A stretch of DNA of 57,016 bases from an uncultured bacterium (GTDB lineage Bacteria > Omnitrophota > Omnitrophia > Omnitrophales > Aquincolibacteriaceae). Within the stretch, counting starts at the first letter, position 1, and each line of letters begins with the position of its first letter. The stretch covers positions 1-57,016 of the forward strand of contig CAYRBY010000003.1 in NCBI GenBank assembly GCA_964422635.1. Direction: 5' to 3'. Positions 1-9,215 of the stretch are shown piece after piece. A model generated the notes under the pieces. That model did no database searches. It saw nothing but the letters and a program-made list of their open reading frames with translations, and was not told the DNA's origin. Made by a program: the position numbers and the translations under genes.

Positions 1-4
1 CCTT

Positions 5-784
5 TTAAATGTCTTCGAGAAAATTTTTAACCTCCTTTACAGACGTAAGATAGAACTCAGCGGAAGAGCTTTTCAATGGTTTTGCTGTGATTCGGATTCC
101 AACTCCCGCTTTTTTTAACGCACGAAATGCATCCTCATCGGTTTCGTCATCCCCCAGATAGATGGGAAATGCATTTTTAACCCGGTTCTCTTTTCGGGAA
201 ATAATCCATAAAACACCATCTCCCTTGCTCCACGCCCCGGAGGCTCGAAACTCCCAGACCTTTTTCCCCTTCGTTAAAAGGATATCCTCTTTAAAGAGCT
301 GCGTTTTCAAGTCCCCCTGGACAAACTTACGGATCAGCCGGACATCTTTTCTGGAAACCTTGTTGTAATTTATTGTCAAACCATAAGTCTTATGCTCAAA
401 AATGATCCCCGGAATACCCCGGAGTTTTTTTTGTAAAAGCTTTTTCAGGTTTGGAATTTTTTTTTGGAAAGCCGCAGCCTCCGGGTTAATGACTTCCCGC
501 GATGGGCCGCTAATATGGCAGCCGTGATCACCGGCGAGGAGAAGCGACTGAATTTTGAGAAACCTTCGAAGGGTCGTGACTGAACGCCCGCTGACTACAG
601 CGACAGAGATCCCTGGAGTTTTGATAAGCCGCAGAAGCAGGCGGCGCATGGCACCCGGCAATCTGGCTTTCTCGGGGGATGGGACAATAGGCGTCAAAGT
701 TCCATCATAGTCGAGAAACAGGAAAACCCCTCGCCTTTGGATCTCTGCAGAGTGTTCATGCCAAAACCTGCGGATGCTTTTCAT
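5..784 (-). CDS. otsB: trehalose-6-phosphate phosphatase (HAD superfamily)
   Basis: ORF 5..787. HAD motif I FLFLDYDGTLTP lies near the N-terminus and GDDETDEDAF near the C-terminus. The likely ATG at 784..782 forms an ATGA overlap with the stop of the upstream otsA-like gene. The 787 start in the ORF track is a TTG. Confidence 0.8.
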   Translation of the reverse strand: MKSIRRFWHEHSAEIQRRGVFLFLDYDGTLTPIVPSPEKARLPGAMRRLLLRLIKTPGISVAVVSGRSVTTLRRFLKIQSLLLAGDHGCHISGPSREVINPEAAAFQKKIPNLKKLLQKKLRGIPGIIFEHKTYGLTINYNKVSRKDVRLIRKFVQGDLKTQLFKEDILLTKGKKVWEFRASGAWSKGDGVLWIISRKENRVKNAFPIYLGDDETDEDAFRALKKAGVGIRITAKPLKSSSAEFYLTSVKEVKNFLEDI

Positions 785-2265
785 CAATTGTCCTGAAAAT
801 CAAACTTTAACAATTCCGACATAACTTTGCCTGCCCACCTGTAAATATTGTTTTGCCCGACCGCTTCTCGCATTCTTCGCATACGCCGCTCCAGCTCTTT
901 ATCTGGCGCCTGAAATGACTCATACAAAATGTCGGCAAAAGCTTCTGCATCGTAAGGATTTACCAGAAAAGCGTCCGTAAGTTCGCGGGCCGCGCCTGTG
1001 AATTGTGACAGAATCAACCGTCCGCCAAGATCTGACCGCGCAGCGACAAACTCTTTAGCTACGAGATTCATTCCGTCATGGAGAGACCCCACCAAGCATG
1101 CGTCTGCCATGCGGTAAAGTGCCAGAATGTTTTCATAACTCATGTAAGAGCGCGTCAAGATTACCGGCGTCCAATCGTCCCGCGAATATTTCCAATTGAT
1201 ATTATTCACAAGTGCGTTGATTTCATCATTAACCTGCTTGTAACTTTGAATATGAATACGGCTGATCTGGCCAAGTTGAAAAAAAACAGCTTTCCCCTGA
1301 AACTCCGGATATTTTTCCAGAAACCTGTCAAAGGCCCTTATCTTGTCGGGAATTCCCTTGGTGTAATCAACTCTGTCCACGCTCACGATCAGCTTTTTTC
1401 CTTCAAACCTATGCTCCCCACGGAGATGCTGAATACCCTCAGCCGTTTGCGGAGAATCCACGGCCGCGCTGATGGCTTCGAAATCCACGGAGATGGGATA
1501 GGCCCTGACCAAAGTTTCATGACTTTGAAAAGTAACGGAATTTTTTTCACGATCAATGCGTGTTTCCATTTCCCGGTCAACAGCAGCCAGAAAATTGTCA
1601 GCATGATACCGAATCTGAAATCCCAAAAGATCATAGGCCAGGAGACCTTCCAGAATTTCTTTTTTCTGGGGGCATATACGAAACACTTCGGGATTAGGCC
1701 AGGGAATATGCCAGAAAAGAGAGGTCACGATATTGGAAGCGCCAGAGTCTTTAAGGTATTTTGCGACGAGGGCTAAATGAAAATCCTGAACCCAGATGAA
1801 CGCCTTGCGGCCCTGAACCTCTTCGAGGATCTGGTCGGCAAAACGCCGGTTCACCTTTTGATAAGCTTCCCAGTCAGGAAAAGAAAAAAAGGGCCTTGTA
1901 AAAGTAACATGAGAAAGCGGCCACAGCCCTTCGTTACAGTACCCGTAGTAATAGGCATCCGCCTCTTCCTTTGAAAGAAAAACTCGTTTTAAAAAGTAAC
2001 TGGGGGTATCGGAAGGGACAGCCACTTTGTTATCAGCGTCTAGGACGGCTCTATCCTCGACAGAACCGCCTGTGGCCACCCAAGTACCTCCGACAGCGCT
2101 CATAACCGGGTTGAGTGCTGTCACGAGCCCGCCAGGCTGGCGCTGACAAACCACTTTCCCCGATTTTTGTATGTGACTAAAGGGCTGACGATTAGAAACG
2201 GCCACAAGCAGATAGTCTGACATTTTGGTGCGGACAATTGTTTCAAGCCTCTCACGTGTCCACAT
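784..2265 (-). CDS. otsA: alpha,alpha-trehalose-phosphate synthase (GT20)
   Basis: ORF 784..2286. GT20 hallmarks are present: GLWPLSH, IWVQDFHL, VDRVDYTKGI, SLHDGMNLVAKEF. The ATG at 2265 is preceded by AAGGAGG about 7 nt upstream. The track start at 2286 is a TTG. Confidence 0.85.
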   Translation of the reverse strand: MWTRERLETIVRTKMSDYLLVAVSNRQPFSHIQKSGKVVCQRQPGGLVTALNPVMSAVGGTWVATGGSVEDRAVLDADNKVAVPSDTPSYFLKRVFLSKEEADAYYYGYCNEGLWPLSHVTFTRPFFSFPDWEAYQKVNRRFADQILEEVQGRKAFIWVQDFHLALVAKYLKDSGASNIVTSLFWHIPWPNPEVFRICPQKKEILEGLLAYDLLGFQIRYHADNFLAAVDREMETRIDREKNSVTFQSHETLVRAYPISVDFEAISAAVDSPQTAEGIQHLRGEHRFEGKKLIVSVDRVDYTKGIPDKIRAFDRFLEKYPEFQGKAVFFQLGQISRIHIQSYKQVNDEINALVNNINWKYSRDDWTPVILTRSYMSYENILALYRMADACLVGSLHDGMNLVAKEFVAARSDLGGRLILSQFTGAARELTDAFLVNPYDAEAFADILYESFQAPDKELERRMRRMREAVGQNNIYRWAGKVMSELLKFDFQDN

Positions 2266-2295
2266 AGAAATTCCTCCTTGCACCAAGGTGCTCTT

Positions 2296-3960
2296 TTATT
2301 TTTGCGCGGTCTCACGCTCCTGCGTTTGAAGTTTAAACCAATAAAAACCATGGGGACCGAGTGTCAGTAAATACGGCAGGTCCCCTATTTTTGGAAAAAC
2401 AACGTTTCCAAAAAGCTCTACAGGAATTTTCCCTTTGTAACTTTTTAAATCCAGTTCGACAGGCTGGGGGTAACGCGACAAATTTGAGACAATAAGCAGC
2501 GTTTCTTTTTCATAACTTCTGATAAACGCAATAACCTTCAGATTAGCGGCCGGCAAAACGTTTAAGTCGCCCCGTCCGAAAGATTGATGCTTCTTACGGA
2601 TTCCGATCAATCGCTTCATCCAGTGAAGAAACGAGGTCGGAACACGTGTCTGAGCCTCAACATTTACAGCCTGATAACCATATACTGGGTCTTGAATAAC
2701 GGGCGAATAAAGCTGCGCCGGATCAGCCGCGGAAAACCCGCCGTTTTTGTCCCCGGACCACTGCATGGGTGTCCGAACCCCATTACGGTCCCCAAGGTAA
2801 ATGTTGTCTCCCATCCCTAATTCATCGCCATAATAGATCACGGGACTCCCTGGCAGGCTGAAGAGAAGGCTGTTGATCAATTCCATCTGCCTTCTTCCTC
2901 CGCTCATCAAAGGCGCGAGTCTTCTGCGGATACCGAGATTAAGTTTTGCCTTTGGATCAGCGGCATATTCCTTATACATATAATCCCGCTCTTCCTGTGT
3001 CACCTTCTCCAGGGTTAATTCGTCGTGATTTCTAAGGAAAAGCGCCCATTGTGAGTTGTCGGGGATATTCGGGGTTTGCGCGAGAATATCCACCACCGGG
3101 GTTCTGTCCTCTTTCCGGATTGCCATAAAAATACGCGGCATAAGCGGAAAGTGGAATGCCATGTGACACTCATCGCCATCACCAAAATAAGGCCTGACAT
3201 CCTCCGGCCATTGATTAGCTTCCGCAAGAAAGATCCTGTCTTTGTACTTTTCTTCCATCCTTTTTCGAAGTTCTTTCAAGAAGGCATGTGTTTCAGGCAG
3301 ATTCTCGCAGGACGTTCCCTCTCGTTCGAAAAGATACGGAACTGCGTCCAGCCTGAAGCCGTCAACGCCTCTATCAAGCCAAAAAGAAAGGACATCAAAC
3401 ATCTCGCTGATAACTTTTGGGTTGTCATAATTCAGATCGGGCTGATGATTAAAAAAACGATGCCAGTAGTATTGATGCGCCTCGGAATCCCAGGTCCAAT
3501 TTGATTTTTCTGTATCCGAAAAAATAATTCGGGCGTCACGATAACGCCTGGGGTCTTCGGTCCAGACATAGTAATCGCGTTTGCTTCCTCTTTTTGAAGC
3601 ACGGGCTGATTTAAACCAAGGATGCTGGTCAGATGTGTGGTTCATAACCAACTCGATAAGGATCCTGATGCCGCGGGCATGCGCCTCACGAACTAGCCGC
3701 CGGAAATCGCCCATGGTTCCGTACTCAGGCAAAATACTCCGGTAGTCCGAAATATCGTAGCCGTCATCTTTCAATGGGGATTTAAAGAATGGAAGCATCC
3801 AAAGGCAGGTAATCCCGATATCCTGAAGGTAATCCAGTTTCTGAATCAGCCCTCGAAAATCCCCATACCCATCGCCGTTAGAATCGTAGAAAGACTTGAC
3901 CGAAACTTCATAGATGATCGCATCTTTAAACCAAAGAGGGTCGGACATAATCCCCTTCAC
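2296..3960 (-). CDS. treS: trehalose synthase / maltose alpha-D-glucosyltransferase (GH13)
   Basis: GH13 catalytic motifs are present: DAIIYEVSVKSFYDSNGDGYGDFRGL, GFRLDAVPYL, LAEANQWPED, FLRNHDELTLE. There is no fused maltokinase. The start is GTG at 3960 or ATG at 3948. Confidence 0.8.
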   Translation of the reverse strand: MKGIMSDPLWFKDAIIYEVSVKSFYDSNGDGYGDFRGLIQKLDYLQDIGITCLWMLPFFKSPLKDDGYDISDYRSILPEYGTMGDFRRLVREAHARGIRILIELVMNHTSDQHPWFKSARASKRGSKRDYYVWTEDPRRYRDARIIFSDTEKSNWTWDSEAHQYYWHRFFNHQPDLNYDNPKVISEMFDVLSFWLDRGVDGFRLDAVPYLFEREGTSCENLPETHAFLKELRKRMEEKYKDRIFLAEANQWPEDVRPYFGDGDECHMAFHFPLMPRIFMAIRKEDRTPVVDILAQTPNIPDNSQWALFLRNHDELTLEKVTQEERDYMYKEYAADPKAKLNLGIRRRLAPLMSGGRRQMELINSLLFSLPGSPVIYYGDELGMGDNIYLGDRNGVRTPMQWSGDKNGGFSAADPAQLYSPVIQDPVYGYQAVNVEAQTRVPTSFLHWMKRLIGIRKKHQSFGRGDLNVLPAANLKVIAFIRSYEKETLLIVSNLSRYPQPVELDLKSYKGKIPVELFGNVVFPKIGDLPYLLTLGPHGFYWFKLQTQERETAQK

Positions 3961-4078
3961 TTCGCTGGGGATACCTCTGTGCCTGGAGGCATCATGATGA
4001 AAAACGTGTGCTTCTTTCTTTAAACTGCTGGAGGAGGGAAAACGGAATTGCGGCCGCTGGCCGTGATTTTAAGAAAAA

Positions 4079-4164
4079 TGGTGGGGAGTAATGGATTCGA
4101 ACCATTGAAGGCATAAGCCAACAGATTTACAGTCTGTCCCCTTTGGCCGCTTGGGTAACTCCCC
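4079..4164 (-). tRNA. tRNA-Tyr (anticodon GTA), CCA encoded
   Basis: Cloverleaf read by hand on the minus strand. Acceptor GGGGAGT/ACTCCCC, anticodon stem ACAGA/TCTGT with loop CTGTAAA, long variable arm, T-arm AATGG-TTCGAAT-CCATT, then ACCA. Confidence 0.85.
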
Positions 4165-4223
4165 GGTAAAGCGAATTAGAAAAGACCAGGTATCATACAG
4201 CTAAAAACGAAAGCTGACTCTCT

Positions 4224-4252
4224 ATTATTTCCTGGATGAGAAAAATATTCAA
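4224..4252 (-). promoter_or_regulatory. candidate sigma70-type promoter upstream of tRNA-Tyr
   Basis: The minus strand reads TTGAAT-17 nt-AATAAT, about 60 nt upstream of the tRNA-Tyr 5-prime end. This is a sequence match only. Confidence 0.25.
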
Positions 4253-4381
4253 GCTGTCGGAGGCCGGAAGCCCATTGCTTCCGGCATTTCGCTCGGCCTT
4301 GACGGCCATCGCTTCAGGCCTCTTGTACCCGCCAGCCGGAGTACTGCCTTGAACCTCTTTATCAATTGGCGCAGTTTAATA

Positions 4382-4453
4382 AGCTGGCGGAGGGATTTGA
4401 ACCCCCGACCGGCTGTTTACAAAACAGCTGCTCTACCCCTGAGCTACGCCAGC
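4382..4453 (-). tRNA. tRNA-Thr (anticodon TGT), CCA not encoded
   Basis: Acceptor GCTGGCG/CGCCAGC, D-arm GCTC-AGGGGTA-GAGC, anticodon stem GCTGT/ACAGC with loop TTTGTAA, T-arm GGGGG-TTCAAAT-CCCTC. Confidence 0.85.
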
Positions 4454-4524
4454 GCAAATGAATAGTTCCTGATCAAAAGGAGGCGCATTTTACCCGAAAC
4501 CTTAAAAAAAATAAAGCTTTGAAA

Positions 4525-4941
4525 TCAAACACTCTTTGGCGGGCAGCGTACAAGGCGGCAGCCTAAACTGTCATTAATGAGAATGGCGTATTGTTCAAAA
4601 AGGCTTCCCATGCGTACAGCTTCGGACTCAGGAATCTTTTCCACAGTAAAACTCTTCTCAAAATGCTCTCCCAGAACACCGATGGTCGGGTAAAAAACAT
4701 AAGGGGTTTTCTGTAGTTCACTCTCAAGCTGTTCGTTTCGCACTTCGTTCTCATGATCGCTGAGACGCCGATTCATTGGATTCCAGGCGGTCACAACCGC
4801 AAATTGTTTTCGCCTCAACAGCGGCAATTCCTTCGCTGATTTGAGATTAAAAAAAACTTCCTGTCCCGATTCGTCACGCACTGTATATGTGGTTCTGGCA
4901 TACAAATCGTAAATCACAGGATCAAAATTCTCATCGGACAT
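4525..4941 (-). CDS. DUF3293-like hypothetical protein
   Basis: ORF 4525..4983, whose track start is a TTG. An ATG at 4941 gives MSDENF.... The motif FAVVTAWNP resembles the xITAxNP signature I associate with DUF3293. The family assignment is from memory only. Confidence 0.5.
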   Translation of the reverse strand: MSDENFDPVIYDLYARTTYTVRDESGQEVFFNLKSAKELPLLRRKQFAVVTAWNPMNRRLSDHENEVRNEQLESELQKTPYVFYPTIGVLGEHFEKSFTVEKIPESEAVRMGSLFEQYAILINDSLGCRLVRCPPKSV

Positions 4942-5089
4942 TGAAGAAGCCTCATTTTTGAGTTTCAAATTTTCTTGTATCAAAAAACAGATAGACCCCG
5001 GTGAGGGCTGGCCTTATACTAACCGCTAAAGCTTTGGAACAACTGCAATCAAAGCTTATCATTTCAAACTTGATGGGAAAGGGAAAATC

Positions 5090-5380
5090 ATGAAAAAAAC
5101 AATCGCTATGGCAATGCTGGCTTTTGCTATGTTTGCCGCCGTTCCTTCTCACGCCTTTGCCGCAAATACGGCAAAACACGGAAAAATCACAGGGAAAACC
5201 GTAGTGGCCGGTGCAACATCCCTGCTTCTCTGGCCGGGTATCGGACAATATCTTAACGATAACGAGACCAAGAAAAATTGGACCCATGCCCTTCTCGGCA
5301 TCACGCAGGTGTTCCGCTTCTGGTCGGGCTGGGACGCTCTCATTGACCGTCAAGGCGGCCGTTGGGACGGGAAAATTTAA
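5090..5380 (+). CDS. small secreted hypothetical protein
   Basis: Classical signal peptide MKKTIAMAMLAFAMFAAVPSHAFA. A purine-rich stretch precedes the ATG, and a strong terminator hairpin follows the ORF. Confidence 0.5.
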   Translation: MKKTIAMAMLAFAMFAAVPSHAFAANTAKHGKITGKTVVAGATSLLLWPGIGQYLNDNETKKNWTHALLGITQVFRFWSGWDALIDRQGGRWDGKI

Positions 5381-5402
5381 CCTTTCTTTTCCTTCAAAGA
5401 AA

Positions 5403-5437
5403 AACCCCATGGGATCATTCCCATGGGGTTTTTTTAT
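5403..5437. terminator. bidirectional rho-independent terminator
   Basis: Perfect hairpin CCCCATGGGA-tcatt-CCCATGGGG, flanked by an A-run upstream and a T-run downstream. It sits between the convergent ORFs 5090..5380 (+) and 5462..6325 (-). Confidence 0.7.
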
Positions 5438-5461
5438 GCCTTGATTTTGACGTTTGTTAAA

Positions 5462-6325
5462 TTACTGGGGAGCTTCTTCCTTTTTACCAAAGGGCAGCTT
5501 AACATTATTTTTTAATGAAGAACCCAGAGCCCCCGCAAGTTCTTTGGACTTCTCTCCAACCACCCCTGTCGTTTTGCCCAGCGTCTCCTCGACGGTACCG
5601 ACGGCCTTGTTTCCGAGATCGGTGACGGTTTTGTTGGCCACCGTACCGACATCAAAGACGTTCTGCTGGAGAAAATCCATATTGATGTTTGTCAAACGGG
5701 CAATCGTGGTGTTTCTGAGTGCCTTTGTAATAATGAGGCGAACCAGAACATCCGGGTTGGTGATATTCTCGTGGTGCTCGTCAATATTGACATCAAAGCT
5801 CTGGACAATCGGCTGCCCGGCTATTGAGTAATCTTTAAAAATAACCTTTTCGATCTTCAGATCCAGCGAATCAATCTGGATTTTTGCCGGAGGAGCAGGC
5901 TGTTTGCCTGTTTCCGCGGGCTTGGCGCCACCCTTGGGAGCTGCCGGAGGCTGGGTTCCTTTAAGAGCATCCAGATTCAGCTTTCCTTCCTTATTCCTTA
6001 TAACCGTTACTTCTTTGAGGTGCAGCTTGAGAGCTTCCAGATGAATATTGCCTTTCAGAATATCCGCAAGTTTGTAATCAATATAAACAAGCGGAAGATC
6101 CACCATGGTTCTGTCTTCGAATCCAGCCGGGTTTTCAAGGCGAAGTCCGCCAACTTCGACAAAAGTCTTCTCGGTGTTCAGATCAAGCTTGGTGATCGTG
6201 AGGTTCAGCCCCGTCAGCTGCTTGGCGCCAAAAGTAACAGCCGCTTTGACAACCTGATTCCTGAAAACAAAGATTACTGCCACGAGGACTACAAGTCCCA
6301 GGATAAGACGCAAAAGCCATTTCAT
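5462..6325 (-). CDS. N-terminally anchored envelope protein (AsmA/DUF748-like N-terminus, tentative)
   Basis: Single N-terminal TM segment WLLRLILGLVVLVAVIFVF, followed by a beta-rich region and a Pro/Ala/Lys-rich linker (PPAAPKGGAKPAETGKQPAPPAK). The ATG is at 6325. Confidence 0.5.
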   Translation of the reverse strand: MKWLLRLILGLVVLVAVIFVFRNQVVKAAVTFGAKQLTGLNLTITKLDLNTEKTFVEVGGLRLENPAGFEDRTMVDLPLVYIDYKLADILKGNIHLEALKLHLKEVTVIRNKEGKLNLDALKGTQPPAAPKGGAKPAETGKQPAPPAKIQIDSLDLKIEKVIFKDYSIAGQPIVQSFDVNIDEHHENITNPDVLVRLIITKALRNTTIARLTNINMDFLQQNVFDVGTVANKTVTDLGNKAVGTVEETLGKTTGVVGEKSKELAGALGSSLKNNVKLPFGKKEEAPQ

Positions 6326-6427
6326 AACATACCCTTTCTGTTCTAAGGAGGATTGCTATTCTTCACAAGGAAGCGGTAGTGTAACGTTTGCCTCAAGTGT
6401 TTTCAACGGCGAATAAACGGCCGGCAA

Positions 6428-9049
6428 TTAGACCCCTTTGGCGTGGGAAACCGCCTTTCCCGGCAGGATTTCCAATTTCCCGGATTTTTCAATAATTTTA
6501 ACCTTTGTCCCATCAGGAATCTCGCCCTTCAAAAGCATACGGGCGAGGCGCGTCTCGATCTCCTTTTGAATATATCTTTTAAGCGGCCTCGCTCCATAAA
6601 CCGCGTCATACCCCTCGCTTGCAATAAAGCTCTTGGCCGGATCTGAAAGCTCTATTTCAATCCCCCGCTCAGCCAGGCGATTCCCGAGGCCCGTAACCAG
6701 AAGGTCAACGATCATCTTGATTTCCTCCTGCCGGAGCGGCTTAAACAAAACAATTTCATCCAGACGATTCAGAAATTCCGGACGAAAATGGGAACGAAGA
6801 GCCCCCATCACCCGTGTGCGGGCTCCCTCGTCAATTTCCCCGTCCTCGCTGATGCCTTCCAGCAGATGGGAAGATCCGATGTTACTGGTTAAAATAACGA
6901 CTGTATTTTTGAAGTCCACCGTCCGCCCCTGAGCATCGGTAAGACGGCCGTCATCCAAAAGCTGCAGAAGAATGTTGAAAACTTCTGCGTGTGCTTTCTC
7001 AACCTCATCGAAAAGAATAACCGAATACGGTTTGCGGCGGACAGCTTCTGTAAGCTGCCCCCCTTCTTCGTACCCCACATACCCGGGAGGTGCCCCGATC
7101 AAACGAGCTACAGCATGACGCTCCATGTATTCACTCATATCGATTCTGATCAAATTGTTTTCAGAATCAAAAAGCGCTTCAGCAAGCGTTTTGGCTGTTT
7201 CCGTTTTTCCTACTCCAGTCGGCCCCAGAAAAAGAAAGGAGCCGATGGGGCGCCGCGGATCTTTGATACCGGCCCGGGCACGAATAACCGCGTCTGAAAC
7301 CGCCTGCACAGCCTCATTCTGACCAATCACTCTTTTATGAAGAAGATCTTCCAAGTGAAGAAGTTTCTCTTTTTCTCCTTCCAACAGCCGCGAAACAGGA
7401 ATGCCCGTCCAACGGGAAACGATTTCTGAAATTTCCGACTCCGTGACTTCTTCGCGGAGCAGCCGGGTTCCGGAAACCTTATCCTGCGCGGCTTTCAGTT
7501 TTTTCTCCAGCTCCGGAAGCCTGCCGTGGCGCAGTTCAGCGGCCTTGTTCAAATCATATTCCCGCTCCGCTTTTTCAATATCGAGCTTGGTCTTTTCAAT
7601 GGTCTCACGAAGGTTCCGCAGCCCCTGAATTTCTTTCTTCTCGCTCTCCCACTGAAATTTCAGAGTATTCATTTTTTCACGCAGCGTGGAGATTTCTTTT
7701 TTGATGACCGCAAGCCGATCCTGGCTGGGTTTGTCATTTTCTTTTTTCAGAGCAGCCTCTTCAATTTCAAGCTGCATCACTCGGCGGGACACTTCATCAA
7801 GTTCTGACGGAAGGGAGTCTATCTCTGTCCTGATCATCGCGCAGGCCTCATCGACAAGGTCAATGGCCTTGTCTGGGAGAAACCGGTCTGAAATGTAACG
7901 GTTTGAAAGCACCGCACTGGCGACCAATGCATTGTCCTGAATTCTTACGCCGTGATGAAGCTCGTAGCGTTCCTTAAGCCCGCGCAAAATCGAAATCGAA
8001 TCTTCGACGGTCGGAGCATCAACAATGACGGGCTGAAAGCGCCGTTCTAAAGCAGCGTCTTTTTCAATGTATTTCCGGTATTCATCAAGCGTAGTGGCTC
8101 CAATGCAATGAAGCTCCCCCCTCGCCAGCATGGGCTTAAGCATGTTCCCTGCGTCCATGGCACCTTCTGTTTTCCCGGCGCCAACAAGCGTGTGAAGCTC
8201 ATCGATAAAAAGCAGAATTCTGCCTTCGCTCTTCCGGATCTCCTGAAGAACCGCCTTGAGCCGCTCTTCAAACTCACCCCGGTACTTGGCTCCAGCAATA
8301 AGGGATCCGAGGTCCAAAGCAAAAACCAGCTTGTCTTTCAGCCCTTCAGGAACATCGCCTCGGACCATACGCTGGGCAAGCCCTTCTACAATTGCAGTTT
8401 TGCCAACTCCAGGTTCTCCGATAAGAACCGGATTATTCTTTGTTTTTCTTGAAAGGATCCTGATGACACGACGGATTTCTTCATCGCGGCCAATGACGGG
8501 GTCTAGTTTTCCTTTTCTTGCTTCAGCCACAAGTTCGCGGCCATATTTTTCAAGCGCCTCATAACTGGCTTCGGGATCGGCACTCGTTACTCGCTGGTTT
8601 CCCCGGATTTGTGTTAACGCTGAAAGAATTTTGTCGCGGGTCAATCCGAAGGTTTTAAAGATCTTTCCGGCAGGCGAGGCATTTCCCTCATCAGAAAGGG
8701 CAAGCGCAAGATGCTCAACAGAAACATAGTCATCCTTCATGCGCTCAGCTTCTTTAGCGGCTTTCACAAGAAGCTGGTTTAAGCGCTGCGTTACGTACAC
8801 TTTTCCCGCTTCAGCTCCGGGTCCGGAAACCTTGGGCCGTGCGGCGAGTTCCTTTTCAACAGAGCCTTGAAGGCTTTGAGAGCTGATTTCCAGTTTTTGA
8901 AGCAGCCGCGGGAAAAGACCTTCAGCCTGCTCCAGAAGTGCCAGTAAAAGATGTTCTCCGTCCACTTCCATGTGCCCGTACTCAACGGCTTTTTTCTGGG
9001 CTAAAGCAAAGGCTTCCTGGGACTTCATCGTTAATTTATTGAGATCCAT
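6428..9049 (-). CDS. clpB: ATP-dependent chaperone / disaggregase ClpB
   Basis: N-terminal Clp repeat domain. Two AAA+ Walker A sites ([16 protein letters not shown]) with a long coiled-coil middle domain between them. GAGGAGG precedes the ATG at 9049. Confidence 0.95.
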   Translation of the reverse strand: MDLNKLTMKSQEAFALAQKKAVEYGHMEVDGEHLLLALLEQAEGLFPRLLQKLEISSQSLQGSVEKELAARPKVSGPGAEAGKVYVTQRLNQLLVKAAKEAERMKDDYVSVEHLALALSDEGNASPAGKIFKTFGLTRDKILSALTQIRGNQRVTSADPEASYEALEKYGRELVAEARKGKLDPVIGRDEEIRRVIRILSRKTKNNPVLIGEPGVGKTAIVEGLAQRMVRGDVPEGLKDKLVFALDLGSLIAGAKYRGEFEERLKAVLQEIRKSEGRILLFIDELHTLVGAGKTEGAMDAGNMLKPMLARGELHCIGATTLDEYRKYIEKDAALERRFQPVIVDAPTVEDSISILRGLKERYELHHGVRIQDNALVASAVLSNRYISDRFLPDKAIDLVDEACAMIRTEIDSLPSELDEVSRRVMQLEIEEAALKKENDKPSQDRLAVIKKEISTLREKMNTLKFQWESEKKEIQGLRNLRETIEKTKLDIEKAEREYDLNKAAELRHGRLPELEKKLKAAQDKVSGTRLLREEVTESEISEIVSRWTGIPVSRLLEGEKEKLLHLEDLLHKRVIGQNEAVQAVSDAVIRARAGIKDPRRPIGSFLFLGPTGVGKTETAKTLAEALFDSENNLIRIDMSEYMERHAVARLIGAPPGYVGYEEGGQLTEAVRRKPYSVILFDEVEKAHAEVFNILLQLLDDGRLTDAQGRTVDFKNTVVILTSNIGSSHLLEGISEDGEIDEGARTRVMGALRSHFRPEFLNRLDEIVLFKPLRQEEIKMIVDLLVTGLGNRLAERGIEIELSDPAKSFIASEGYDAVYGARPLKRYIQKEIETRLARMLLKGEIPDGTKVKIIEKSGKLEILPGKAVSHAKGV

Positions 9050-9215
9050 AAGTCCTCCTCAAAAGAGTTATCCGCTTTAAACTCTCAAGGAACGTGCCAG
9101 GATCTTGATGGCTTTTATGAAGAAGCTTTGGGGAAGAATGCCTTTTTTGAGTCAAAAGGAGCCACATTAAAGGCTCACTATTGACACATCAAAAATGCAT
9201 TAGATTAAGAGAAGA

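Noticed and set aside
1078-1776. Long antisense ORFs inside large genes, for example 1078-1776 (+), 16054-16656 (+), 40815-41693 (+), 22889-23437 (+) and 34662-35285 (-).
   Set aside because: They lie entirely within well-supported genes on the opposite strand. They have no recognisable motifs and have low-complexity or Arg/Ser/Pro-rich compositions typical of shadow frames.
4263-4285. The GCCGGAAGC/GCTTCCGGC hairpin as a rho-independent terminator or SRP-RNA fragment.
   Set aside because: There is no T-run on either strand, and the similarity to the SRP RNA conserved loop is only superficial.
9050-9215. A CIRCE/HrcA operator or sigma32 promoter upstream of clpB.
   Set aside because: Only a short imperfect inverted repeat, GAGCC-n8-GGCTC, is present. 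Neither the TTAGCACTC-N9-GAGTGCTAA consensus nor a convincing CTTGAAA/CCCCAT pair could be found.
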